Source: an uncultured Desulfobacteraceae bacterium
Lineage (GTDB): Bacteria > Desulfobacterota > DSM-4660 > Desulfatiglandales > HGW-15
Direction of reading: 5' to 3'
Assembly: GCA_964484515.1 (NCBI GenBank)
Contig: CAZAGT010000006.1
Location: 1 to 40,557 of the forward strand
DNA length: 40,557 bases
The translations under genes and the position numbers were made by a program. The notes under the pieces are model-generated. The model did not search any database and was not told the DNA's origin. It saw only the letters and a program-made list of their open reading frames with translations. Below, one piece after another: positions 8,147 through 16,585 of the stretch; the first letter of the stretch is position 1, and the number at the start of each line of letters is the position of its first letter.

Positions 8147-9058
8147 TTGCTCGGCTTCCTTGGAATCATAACTGAGAGCCTTTGGGGACAGGCTGTGAGA
8201 GAACAGAGACCGTGTAAAGACAAAGCATTCATCGCCTATGCAAACTATTCTCTAAGGGAAGATCCGAAAAACCTTCTCAGGATTTACGATGTGGTTGATC
8301 GCAACGATTTCTTTGTGGTGCACTCAAGAAACTTGAAGATAGTCGTTGACTTTGTCGTAGCATTTCTAACGTGCGAGCAACCGAAAGATCTGAATTGTGA
8401 CGACGAGGTCAGTAAGATTGCACTGGAGGCCGTCTACGGATACAGGGACGGTTTCTGTGAAACCGAGTGCTCAGAAAGGGGTTTAAGAGAAGAAAAATGG
8501 GGCCAGGAGCCATTCGATGAGCCAGTTAGGTTGAGTTGTATTGAGTGTGATCAGAATCATTACAGAGATTTGCTGGAGGAATTAACGAAAGGGACCCCAT
8601 ACAGTGAGATAGCTGGATGCTTGCCTTTCATCACGCTTGGCCGGAATTTTAGAAAAGCGGTGGAGGGCGAAATCGAAGTCTTGCCGTTTCCGGGCAAAGG
8701 ACTGAAAGATTTCAAGGCTTGGAAAACACATGATCCTCTATCCCTGCCCGACGATCGGTCGGTAGAGTCAAGCAAGGTAGCCTTTCGGAATTTCTGGAGT
8801 GCTTTGATCGCTTTTGATCTTTCAGAGTTCTTGTATGGGGACCGAGCGAATCTCGCTAGGTTGAAGAACTGCCCTTTCTGTCACGAGTTTTTCGTTGCAA
8901 AGGATGCAAAGAAGCAAATATGCTATTCAAAGGACTGCAAAATGGCAGGAGACAGAGAGCAAAAAAGGCCCTATATGGAAATGAAGCGAGATCCTGAGAG
9001 CTCGGAATACGACGAAAGGTACAAAACCAGAGAGTTTGGGAGAACACGGGAGGAATGA
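8147..9058 (+). CDS. Hypothetical protein with a C-terminal CGNR-like four-cysteine zinc-ribbon
   Basis: 303-aa ORF with a TTG start; an alternative GTG start lies at 8195. The motif CPFC-x13-C-x4-C (8870-8938) is followed by a basic tail. The coding region is AT-richer than the flanks. Confidence 0.5.
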   Translation: MLGFLGIITESLWGQAVREQRPCKDKAFIAYANYSLREDPKNLLRIYDVVDRNDFFVVHSRNLKIVVDFVVAFLTCEQPKDLNCDDEVSKIALEAVYGYRDGFCETECSERGLREEKWGQEPFDEPVRLSCIECDQNHYRDLLEELTKGTPYSEIAGCLPFITLGRNFRKAVEGEIEVLPFPGKGLKDFKAWKTHDPLSLPDDRSVESSKVAFRNFWSALIAFDLSEFLYGDRANLARLKNCPFCHEFFVAKDAKKQICYSKDCKMAGDREQKRPYMEMKRDPESSEYDERYKTREFGRTREE

Positions 9059-9166
9059 TTTTGGTTACGCTAAATTATCATGCTAGCCGAGAAGTCGCCG
9101 TAACCACAACATATTGAAATCACACACATTGTTATTGAAATACCTCAGTGAGTGATCTATTATGAG

Positions 9167-9192
9167 GGCCAACCTAATGGTTGGCCTTTTTT
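9167..9192 (+). terminator. Rho-independent terminator after ORF 8147-9058
   Basis: GGCCAACC-TAAT-GGTTGGCC followed by TTTTTT. Confidence 0.7.
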
Positions 9193-9227
9193 ACTGGGTT
9201 TATATTCAATCATACGAGAGGGCGGTC

Positions 9228-10289
9228 TCACCACAAAGGCTTCGCCCGGACGGGCCTGCCAAATTGATCCATCCCTACCCCGGGGCCGTAAGCGTTGGGC
9301 TTGACTCCTCCAATTACGGATTGACCATCCTCCGTGCGCCACATGAACGGTCGGCCGGTAGCGTCCGAATGGATACCGGGTCCGTATGCGTTGGCACGTC
9401 CGGGACCAAGAAGACCCGGACTGGAGGAGTTCAAATCGATCAGAAGGCCACCGGCGCCAGATGATCCTTCACCGGTCCCGATGAGAGGTGTTCTCTGTGT
9501 CTCCTCTTCCTCCGTTTGGCTTCTTGCCATCTGCCCACCGGAATCCAAGGACCCTTCGACCTTGACGAGGACGAAAACGCCTGAAGCCTGTCCGCCAGTT
9601 GCCCTCTGAGTGAAAATGCCCTCCATCAAATCGTCACGCATGACACCTTGGACCGAGACGAAACTGGACTCCTGCATGTCGTCATAGATCAGTCCACCCA
9701 TCGAGAACTTACCCTCCGAGAGCTGACCGGCCAACCTTCCAGCTCCAACAAAACCGACGGTTTCATTTCTGAACAGACAGGCCATTTCGAGATGATTGTC
9801 AGTGCAATGAGAATCGGCAACAACGATACCCACTTGATCATTGAACGGGGCCTGATAGACTCCCACCCACCTAACGCGTGAGACAGCCGCTTCGTCGAGG
9901 TATTTGACCAGAGCCGCCCTTTGGCTCATCGCGCCGTATCTATAATTACCCTCAAAGCCTGAATCGATAAAGATTATAGCGTCACAGCCTTGCTTCTTGG
10001 CTTCTTTGATGAGTGCGGAGTCCGACCAGGAATCCCCGAAGAAGATCAAAGCGGGAGTGCTGCTTACTACATTGGTATCCATTAGACCCAGCAGCTTGTA
10101 CTTCCGATTGGGTTCGCCGTTCTCCCATATATCGATACCATCGATGGTGTGACATGTACCTCCTCGACCATAGAACTCGCTTGGGCCATGGCACTTCTGG
10201 AAGGAGGAGGAAGAAATGCAGCCTGCGGTTAGAATTAAGATGCAGAACAGCGGGAACAGGAATATACGAAGCCTATTTTTACTTTTCAT
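9228..10289 (-). CDS. Lipoprotein of unknown function with two C-terminal NAYGPG...D..GRP repeats
   Basis: ORF-track 9228..10307 trimmed to ATG 10289, preceded by an AAGGAGG RBS. It has a signal peptide with the lipobox LTAGC. The C-terminal tail contains NAYGPGIHSDATGRPF and NAYGPGVGMDQFGRPV. Confidence 0.65.
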   Translation of the reverse strand: MKSKNRLRIFLFPLFCILILTAGCISSSSFQKCHGPSEFYGRGGTCHTIDGIDIWENGEPNRKYKLLGLMDTNVVSSTPALIFFGDSWSDSALIKEAKKQGCDAIIFIDSGFEGNYRYGAMSQRAALVKYLDEAAVSRVRWVGVYQAPFNDQVGIVVADSHCTDNHLEMACLFRNETVGFVGAGRLAGQLSEGKFSMGGLIYDDMQESSFVSVQGVMRDDLMEGIFTQRATGGQASGVFVLVKVEGSLDSGGQMARSQTEEEETQRTPLIGTGEGSSGAGGLLIDLNSSSPGLLGPGRANAYGPGIHSDATGRPFMWRTEDGQSVIGGVKPNAYGPGVGMDQFGRPVRAKPLW

Positions 10290-10349
10290 CGCTAACCTCC
10301 TTTTCACATGAGGTTAGGTTGAAAAAGGCTCGCGTAAAGCCGCCACGAC

Positions 10350-10637
10350 CTAGCCGTCATTTAGATCGTGGCGGTGAGGCGCCAATGTGTTGGCCAAATC
10401 CTCCGTACTAATCTTGAGTTCAAAAAGTTCCTGTTCAATGGTTTCTAGGTGGTCTTTCACGCGGTCCAGGTTCTCTGATGTCTTCTCAAATAGATTCGTG
10501 ATGTTGATCAAATGCCTTCCAATGCCGGACATACACATGAACAGAAACACAAATAGGCCATAAAGAATGAACCATTCCAAGCGAATGCCAAAGAAGTCAA
10601 TTCCGTTATGCATGTCGCTTCTTCCGCTAGGCAGCAA
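10350..10637 (-). CDS. Small membrane protein with a C-terminal coiled-coil-like tail
   Basis: 95-aa ORF with an alternative start at 10613. One long hydrophobic helix (WFILYGLFVFLFMCMSGIG) is followed by a charged heptad-like segment. Confidence 0.4.
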   Translation of the reverse strand: MLPSGRSDMHNGIDFFGIRLEWFILYGLFVFLFMCMSGIGRHLINITNLFEKTSENLDRVKDHLETIEQELFELKISTEDLANTLAPHRHDLNDG

Positions 10638-11065
10638 GGTTAATCGTGGCGACTGGCATCGAAAATCAGGCCATTCAAACCGTTCGTCTCAGGTAGTTTT
10701 CATTCTAAAGCCCGATATATCCAGTCTGTCAAGAATTAATGCCGCTTATGGTGGGTTTATCCGGCGAGCCACATCCTGATTTTTCAAATGGGGAGGCGAG
10801 TTCAGGGGAGAGGTATAGCCTTCTTTCGGGTAACTGTCATCCTATTTACGAAAACATGGCCCAGGATCCGCCTTCCCCACCTTTGAATGCACTCCCCCAA
10901 TCAATCGGATTTCCAGCTAAAACGAAGGACCACCACGTCGTGCGTCCACTCTATGCTTGACACACAAGGCGAAAATCACCTATATTCCTGCCCAAAAAAG
11001 GGACTTCTTATCACCGATATGGCGAGCCCGAACAATTCTCGTACGGAGATTCGCAATACGAGAAG

Positions 11066-11785
11066 TTGCTCCTCTACCGCGCCAGAAAAGGGACCGACGG
11101 CAAGGCGCCCATCATTGTTTACATTCACGGTGGCGCCTGGCGCGGGGGTGCTGCAGCGAGTTCGATGTACCCCGCCGAGATGTTCATTGAGGCAGGGGCG
11201 CACTTCATCGCTCTTGACTTCGTGAATATTCTGCAGAACGGCGGCGACCTCCTGGAGATTGCGGATCAGGTCCGCAGTGGCGTCGCGTGGGTTTACAAAA
11301 ATGCCAAGCTGTTCAACGGAGATGAAAAACAGATATTTGTGCCCGGACACTCCTCTGGCGGCCATCTTTGCGGTGTGGTCATGACTACCAACTGGGAGGA
11401 CTACGGTGTCCCGCCAGACACCGTCAAGGGTGGTCTGTGCACTAGCGGTATGTATGATCTTGAGCCCGTTTCGCTGTCCTATCGGAACACGTGGGTGAAC
11501 TTCACGGATGAGACAATCGAGCTGTTGAGCCCGATTAAACAGTGGCAGTTCCTCAACGCCCCGCTCGTCCTTATAGTCGGCACGAAGGGGACCCCAGAGT
11601 TCATACGCCAAACTGAGGATTTCTTCGCATTTCTGCAAACCAAAGGCAAGAACGTCAAGTACCAGAAGGCCTGGGGATACAACCACTTCGAGGGGCCTGA
11701 GACGTTGGCCAATCCGTACGGGTACTTCGGCCGGGCCGCACTCGAACTAATGGGCCTTGAGTCGAATAAGGGGAAGAAACATTAG
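11066..11785 (+). CDS. Alpha/beta-hydrolase (esterase/formamidase-like), apparently 5'-truncated or using a non-canonical start
   Basis: It has an HGGAW oxyanion-hole motif and a GHSSGGH nucleophile elbow. The reading frame stays open and homolog-like (YGEPEQFSYGDSQYEKL) back to 10961 with no ATG/GTG/TTG, and is closed by TGA at 10958-10960. Confidence 0.6.
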   Translation: MLLYRARKGTDGKAPIIVYIHGGAWRGGAAASSMYPAEMFIEAGAHFIALDFVNILQNGGDLLEIADQVRSGVAWVYKNAKLFNGDEKQIFVPGHSSGGHLCGVVMTTNWEDYGVPPDTVKGGLCTSGMYDLEPVSLSYRNTWVNFTDETIELLSPIKQWQFLNAPLVLIVGTKGTPEFIRQTEDFFAFLQTKGKNVKYQKAWGYNHFEGPETLANPYGYFGRAALELMGLESNKGKKH

Positions 11786-11839
11786 GAGAACTGGCAGGCC
11801 AGCCGCAATTAACCCTGTCCTTACGAAGGAGGAGCGATA

Positions 11840-12823
11840 ATGAAGTATCTTTGCGCTGCGCTGCTGTCGCTCGTTCTCATGCTAGCAGTGCCTTGGACTC
11901 CGAAAGCAACAGCTGGACAGATCGACGAAACGTTTAGCAATTGGTCGGCGTACGATACCATCGATTGGCTTCCGCAAGCGCCAGCAACCCAACGGATAAG
12001 GTACGTAACCAACAGTTCACTACAGTTCGGAGACTTGCGAATTCCGAATCAAGCTAATCCAAAGGGCCACCCCGTTGTCGTCATGATTCATGGCGGCGCG
12101 TGGACTGATGCTTGGGGCCTCGACTATATGGCGCCCCTCGTGGAAGCGCTGACCGGCGCGGGGATAGCAACGTGGAACATTGAATTCCGTCGCATAGGAA
12201 GTACCGGTGGGGCATATCCTGGCACGTTCCGAGACGTCGCTATGGCGACGGACTATTTGCGGGTACTCGCACCAATCTACAATTTGGATCTGAGCCGGGT
12301 CGTCATATCGGGCCACTCTTCTGGTGGCCATTTGGCACTCTGGGTCGGTAGCCGGGGTACAATTCCTGCGGGTGATCCATTGTACGTAGCGAACCCTCTG
12401 ATCCCCAAGGGCGTAGTGTCTCTCGCTGGCATACCTGATTTGGAAGGCGCCTATGATGCCGGTCGCACGGACGTGTATACACTTCTTGGCGTTACGACGG
12501 CGGCAGCGGCAGCGGCGCTTTATCCGACAACGTCTCCAATCGCGATGCTGCCGACCGGGGTTCCCACGTCTCATATCGTTGGGACCTCTGATAATCCGTG
12601 GCGGCAAGCAATCACTTATCATTTTCGGGATGCAGCAACGTTGGCAGGTGACCCCACCCCACGGGTATTTAACCCAGTAGGTGCCAATCATTTTGACGTC
12701 GTAGATCCGTGTGGCCCCGCCTGGCCAAGGATAGTTACGGAAATATTGTTGATGCTCGGCGAGAAGCCACAACCGCTTCAAACTTATTCGACTTCCATTT
12801 TTTGTCCGGTAAACGGGCGATAA
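11840..12823 (+). CDS. Secreted alpha/beta-hydrolase (esterase/lipase-like), paralog of the preceding gene
   Basis: GAAGGAGG RBS; signal peptide MKYLCAALLSLVLMLAVPWTPKATA. It carries the HGGAW and GHSSGGHLA motifs. Confidence 0.75.
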   Translation: MKYLCAALLSLVLMLAVPWTPKATAGQIDETFSNWSAYDTIDWLPQAPATQRIRYVTNSSLQFGDLRIPNQANPKGHPVVVMIHGGAWTDAWGLDYMAPLVEALTGAGIATWNIEFRRIGSTGGAYPGTFRDVAMATDYLRVLAPIYNLDLSRVVISGHSSGGHLALWVGSRGTIPAGDPLYVANPLIPKGVVSLAGIPDLEGAYDAGRTDVYTLLGVTTAAAAAALYPTTSPIAMLPTGVPTSHIVGTSDNPWRQAITYHFRDAATLAGDPTPRVFNPVGANHFDVVDPCGPAWPRIVTEILLMLGEKPQPLQTYSTSIFCPVNGR

Positions 12824-12888
12824 GTGAACGGATGCCGAACTCTGACGGACGGAGATGATCTCCAACCAGATGATCCAAGCCAAAGGAT

Positions 12889-12932
12889 GTGGAGGGCGGC
12901 GTAAAAGTGGAGAGGGTGGCGGAGTAAAAGTG
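12889..12932 (+). repeat. Two imperfect tandem repeats (GTGGAG..GGCGG(C/A)GTAAAA)
   Basis: GTGGAGGGCGGCGTAAAA is followed directly by GTGGAGAGGGTGGCGGAGTAAAA, then GTG. They lie in a non-coding part of the island. Confidence 0.5.
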
Positions 12933-13180
12933 TGACACCTGGTTGATAAATAGAGGACCTACCTTCTACGTGTCAAGTTCCTTCCTGTGTTAACCTTGAG
13001 GTTCTTGTTGAATCCGGCTTTGATCTTGTGGCGAATACTTGGGATCGAATGCACAGGAGTCCATAAATATCGTTGTGATTCTGGGATCAATTGGACGATA
13101 GCCTAAGGGTTTTCGGCCCATATTGTCTTTACCCTGTATTTGCAGCTATGTTCTAGGCCTGCAGTATTCCTTCTTGAAGC

Positions 13181-13456
13181 TCATCTGTCCGCTCTTCTCC
13201 TTACATACTCAGCCTGAACCCTCTTCAGCTTCGTAAAGAACTCGTCCTGCGTGATGATACCCTTCTCAATGAGCAACTGGGTCACTGCGTCCAGTTGGAT
13301 AGCATTCGACATCATAAGTTCATGAGGGTGGACGAGCTGTTTGTCTTCGAGTTTCTGGGCCATGGGGCGCTCCAGATAGGGGGGCTCTGTATTCTCAATC
13401 GGGTGGCCGGTCAGACTCCAGACAGAATTGGTTCTGTCCAGAGCGATCTCAGACAA
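13181..13456 (-). CDS. Small hypothetical protein
   Basis: 91-aa ORF with a TTG start. A better-supported internal start is ATG 13363 (GGAG 8 nt upstream), which gives a 60-aa product MAQKLEDKQ.... No known motif. Confidence 0.4.
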   Translation of the reverse strand: MSEIALDRTNSVWSLTGHPIENTEPPYLERPMAQKLEDKQLVHPHELMMSNAIQLDAVTQLLIEKGIITQDEFFTKLKRVQAEYVRRRADR

Positions 13457-14126
13457 ATTTGAGGGGATGTCTCATGGTCACCTCTCTTGGGAAGAGGTTA
13501 GGAATTGATAAGGCGACGATGCGGTAATAAGACAGCGTTGGCTTGGCCTCCACCAGCTCAGTCAGGACGCGATCAGGATGATTCACCCACCTGAAATGAA
13601 TCGCCTTGATATGGTAACTACCTTTATACGCTCATGATTTCAGGAAATCAATGGGGTATATGGGCCTGCGTCATGACAGTTTTGACCCGTAAGGCCAGTG
13701 CCGGGGGCTTGAGGCATGACCTGGTCGCCGACCGGCAAGCGGCTGATACCGAACAATTATCCGATCTGGCCCTTCCGCACCATGTGCCTTTTCTCAAAAA
13801 ATGCTACGCAATTATAAGAGCCCTTTCCGGAACCGATGACAAGGCCCTTGGGGGGTCGGTGGGGGTCGGATTCCGGGGCCGAAAAAGATCAATTTCGAAT
13901 TGGATCTGAGCTGAATTGAGGGACCTTACCTAGCCTGTGACCGTTCGAGTTCTTGCCTGAACTCCGGCCGATTACTCCACCGATTCTCAAAACAAACGAT
14001 TTCGACTTGGGTTCGACAGCGAGATCTAGATCCCAATGCATTAAATAGAAAAGGAAATCAGCGTGACTGATTATTGTGGCTTTGGGTATCAAGCAAGACA
14101 CATTGATGAGAGAAGAATTGATCCGT

Positions 14127-14148
14127 AGGTTGGAAATAGGGTTGGAAA
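14127..14148 (+). promoter_or_regulatory. Arm-type repeat (2 x GGTTGGAAA), copy 2
   Basis: Identical 22-mer to 6881-6902, in the same orientation, 60 nt inside the tRNA-proximal att core. Confidence 0.6.
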
Positions 14149-14161
14149 GGACTGAACATGA

Positions 14162-14190
14162 GCAAAAAGAAAGGCCTCGCAAGAGGCCTT
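14162..14190 (-). terminator. Rho-independent terminator downstream of tRNA-fMet (island-borne)
   Basis: The minus strand reads AAGGCCTC-TTGC-GAGGCCTT followed by TCTTTTTGCT, 19 nt after the tRNA CCA end. Confidence 0.65.
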
Positions 14191-14208
14191 AACTTATTGA
14201 AATCTTTA

Positions 14209-14285
<77 letters not shown>

Positions 14286-14374
14286 ACAATAGTCCAACTT
14301 AACACCAACCCTATGGATAGTCAAACAAAAACAAGCTCGGCCAAGTGACCGCGAAGCGTTGGCTCTGAATGGCG

Positions 14375-15919
14375 CTACGCGTCCGGCAGCTTGATGATGA
14401 ACACAGTGCCCTTCCCGACTTCGCTGACGGCGGAAATATCTCCAGAGTGGGCCTCGATGATCTTGTACGAAATGGAAAGGCCTAGCCCCGAGCCCCGCTC
14501 CCGTGTCGTGTAGAATGGCTCAAAGATCTGCTGTAATTCGGATGCAGGAATCCCACTCCCTTCGTCGCTCACCCTGATCTCAATGCCGTCACGTGACCGT
14601 TTACTGGAGACCGTGATCGTGCCTCCCGAGGTCATCGCCTCTAGGCCGTTGGAGATGACGTTGATGAAGACCTGTTTCAGTTTGTCGGGGTCGCAAAATA
14701 TCTCGCCAAGATCTGCCGCCAGGGATTCCTTGAAGCGATACTTGTCCTCAGGGTAGGCACCCGCCATGATTCGGACCACGTCCTTCAGGACTATATTGAT
14801 ATCCGATTGCCTCTTAACCAGCCGATAGGTCTTGGTAAAATCACCGAGATGACCAACCAGCTTCTCCAGTCTTCGAACCTCGTCCAGGATCAAATCGACT
14901 TTCTTGGCATCCTTTTCAGCAAGCAAGCGGTCTCGAATCTGATTTGAGAATCCGCCGATGATCATCAGCGGGTTCTTGAGCTCGTGAGCCACGTGGGCGG
15001 CCGCCTGCCCCACGGCGGCCAGACGTTCGGATTGAAGCAATTTACGCTCCAATCTGCGTTGATCGGAGATATCCTTGATTATGGCCGTAAAGGTCACTTT
15101 GTCATCCAGTTCCAGAAAGGAAAGACTCAGTTCAATCGGGAATTCTTCGCCATCCTTCCTCAGCGCAATGAGGGAGATGGTGCGCCCAACGATCTCTGAC
15201 TCCCTTTTCTCCAGAAACCGTTGAACAAAAGGGGCATGGTCTCCGTACTGTCCGGGTATCAAGAGATTCAGGTCTTGGCCGAGGATCTCCTGCCTCGAAT
15301 AGCCGAAGATCCGCTCGGCGGCATCATTGAAAAGGATGATTTCGTGGTTTTCGTCGATGCTCAAGATGGCATTGGTCGCCGTATCGAGGATGGCCCTCAG
15401 TTTTTTTTCAGATCCCTGCAATCTCTTGATCAGATCCCGGTAGTCCGTGATGTCTCGGGCGAGCTCGATATAGTGACGGCGGTCCCGGTCCTCTGATCTG
15501 AAGGGGTACATCGTGAGGGCGAAGTCCCTGGTACCCCCGGCCAGATCTCCATGTTGGTGGGTCATTTCGACCTTGTCCCCGGTCTGCTTGGCCAATTCGA
15601 GGGGACAGGATTTGGCCTTCAAGCTGCAAGGCGCTCCCGAGCGTTCTTTGACCTCGTAACACTTGCGACCTAGAATCGCCTCTTTGGACAAGCCGTATCT
15701 CTCAAGGAAGGCGCGGTTGGCATCCATGATGATGAAATCAGGGCCGATAACCATGATCTCTTCGGTGATGCCGTCCACAACGGCGCCAAGAAAGGAATTC
15801 TCTTCCTTTAGCTTCCTGAGCTCGTGCTCTTGCTCGGAGAGGCGGTCCCTGAGCCGGGTAGCCTCTTCGATAGGCCGGGTCTCCTGGTTCGGGTCCATGC
15901 CGTCACCTGCCGGGAGCAT
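14375..15919 (-). CDS. Sensor histidine kinase, cytoplasmic, with tandem PAS domains (orphan)
   Basis: 514-aa ORF. Two PAS-like modules are followed by an H-box (AHVAHELKNPL) and an HATPase_c domain with N, G1 and G2 blocks (NVISNGLEAM, DEGSGI, GSGLGLS). No TM segment and no adjacent response regulator. An alternative start lies at 15898. Confidence 0.85.
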   Translation of the reverse strand: MLPAGDGMDPNQETRPIEEATRLRDRLSEQEHELRKLKEENSFLGAVVDGITEEIMVIGPDFIIMDANRAFLERYGLSKEAILGRKCYEVKERSGAPCSLKAKSCPLELAKQTGDKVEMTHQHGDLAGGTRDFALTMYPFRSEDRDRRHYIELARDITDYRDLIKRLQGSEKKLRAILDTATNAILSIDENHEIILFNDAAERIFGYSRQEILGQDLNLLIPGQYGDHAPFVQRFLEKRESEIVGRTISLIALRKDGEEFPIELSLSFLELDDKVTFTAIIKDISDQRRLERKLLQSERLAAVGQAAAHVAHELKNPLMIIGGFSNQIRDRLLAEKDAKKVDLILDEVRRLEKLVGHLGDFTKTYRLVKRQSDINIVLKDVVRIMAGAYPEDKYRFKESLAADLGEIFCDPDKLKQVFINVISNGLEAMTSGGTITVSSKRSRDGIEIRVSDEGSGIPASELQQIFEPFYTTRERGSGLGLSISYKIIEAHSGDISAVSEVGKGTVFIIKLPDA

Positions 15920-16484
15920 AGAAGACGTAGTCCCGGGATAGGGTATCGAACATCTCGTCTGTGGCTTCTCGTATGATTCGGTAGAGCTCTTTCATGGTCT
16001 CGGCCCGCGAAAGGGCCGCCGGATATTCGCGCGTAAAGCGATCATCCTCGCCGACGGGAAGCAGCACCTGATCAATCGATCCGTACCAATTCAGACAAAG
16101 GACGCTCTTGAGCGTCATGATCTTACCGTAGAACCCTCGGATATGGTGCGTCCGCAGAAGAGGATGACGCCGGTTGATCATACAATCGACGAGTCCGGCC
16201 AGATAATAGATCTGGCGCATCTTTTCCTCGTTGTGTCTTTGGAGGAACAGGGCCCGAACGGTACACGCAAGACCCCCTTTGAGGTGGCGAGAACCGGCCA
16301 AAGGGCCCAGACCTTCACACCCACACGACACCTCTCCTTCTTTCAGGGAGGCGGCTTGGCCTTTCGGTACTTGGCTGAAAAAGTGGCTTCCTCCATCCGA
16401 CCATCGGAACTCCCAGGGTGTCGTGGTGATCAGATTGTTCCGATCTCTGCCCCGTCTCGTACCCAGAGGAACGATCTTACCCAT
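15903..16484 (-). CDS. Hypothetical protein (193 aa), translationally coupled to the histidine kinase
   Basis: GGAAGGGAG RBS. The stop overlaps the first possible kinase start (ATG inside ...TTCTATGCTCCCGGCAGGTGA). No recognisable domain. Confidence 0.55.
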   Translation of the reverse strand: MGKIVPLGTRRGRDRNNLITTTPWEFRWSDGGSHFFSQVPKGQAASLKEGEVSCGCEGLGPLAGSRHLKGGLACTVRALFLQRHNEEKMRQIYYLAGLVDCMINRRHPLLRTHHIRGFYGKIMTLKSVLCLNWYGSIDQVLLPVGEDDRFTREYPAALSRAETMKELYRIIREATDEMFDTLSRDYVFYAPGR

Positions 16485-16585
16485 CTTTGGCGGTCTCCCT
16501 TCCTTTGAGGCACGCCCCAGTCAAGGGTGAACTCCGACAACCGAACACGCAGAAACACGACATTGACGCTTGCCGCATCAATTCA

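Noticed and set aside
10958-10960. In-frame TGA upstream of the first hydrolase as a selenocysteine or readthrough codon
   Set aside because: No SECIS-like hairpin follows the TGA. The sequence upstream of it is not hydrolase-like. Alpha/beta-hydrolases of this type are not known selenoproteins. 5' decay is the simpler explanation.
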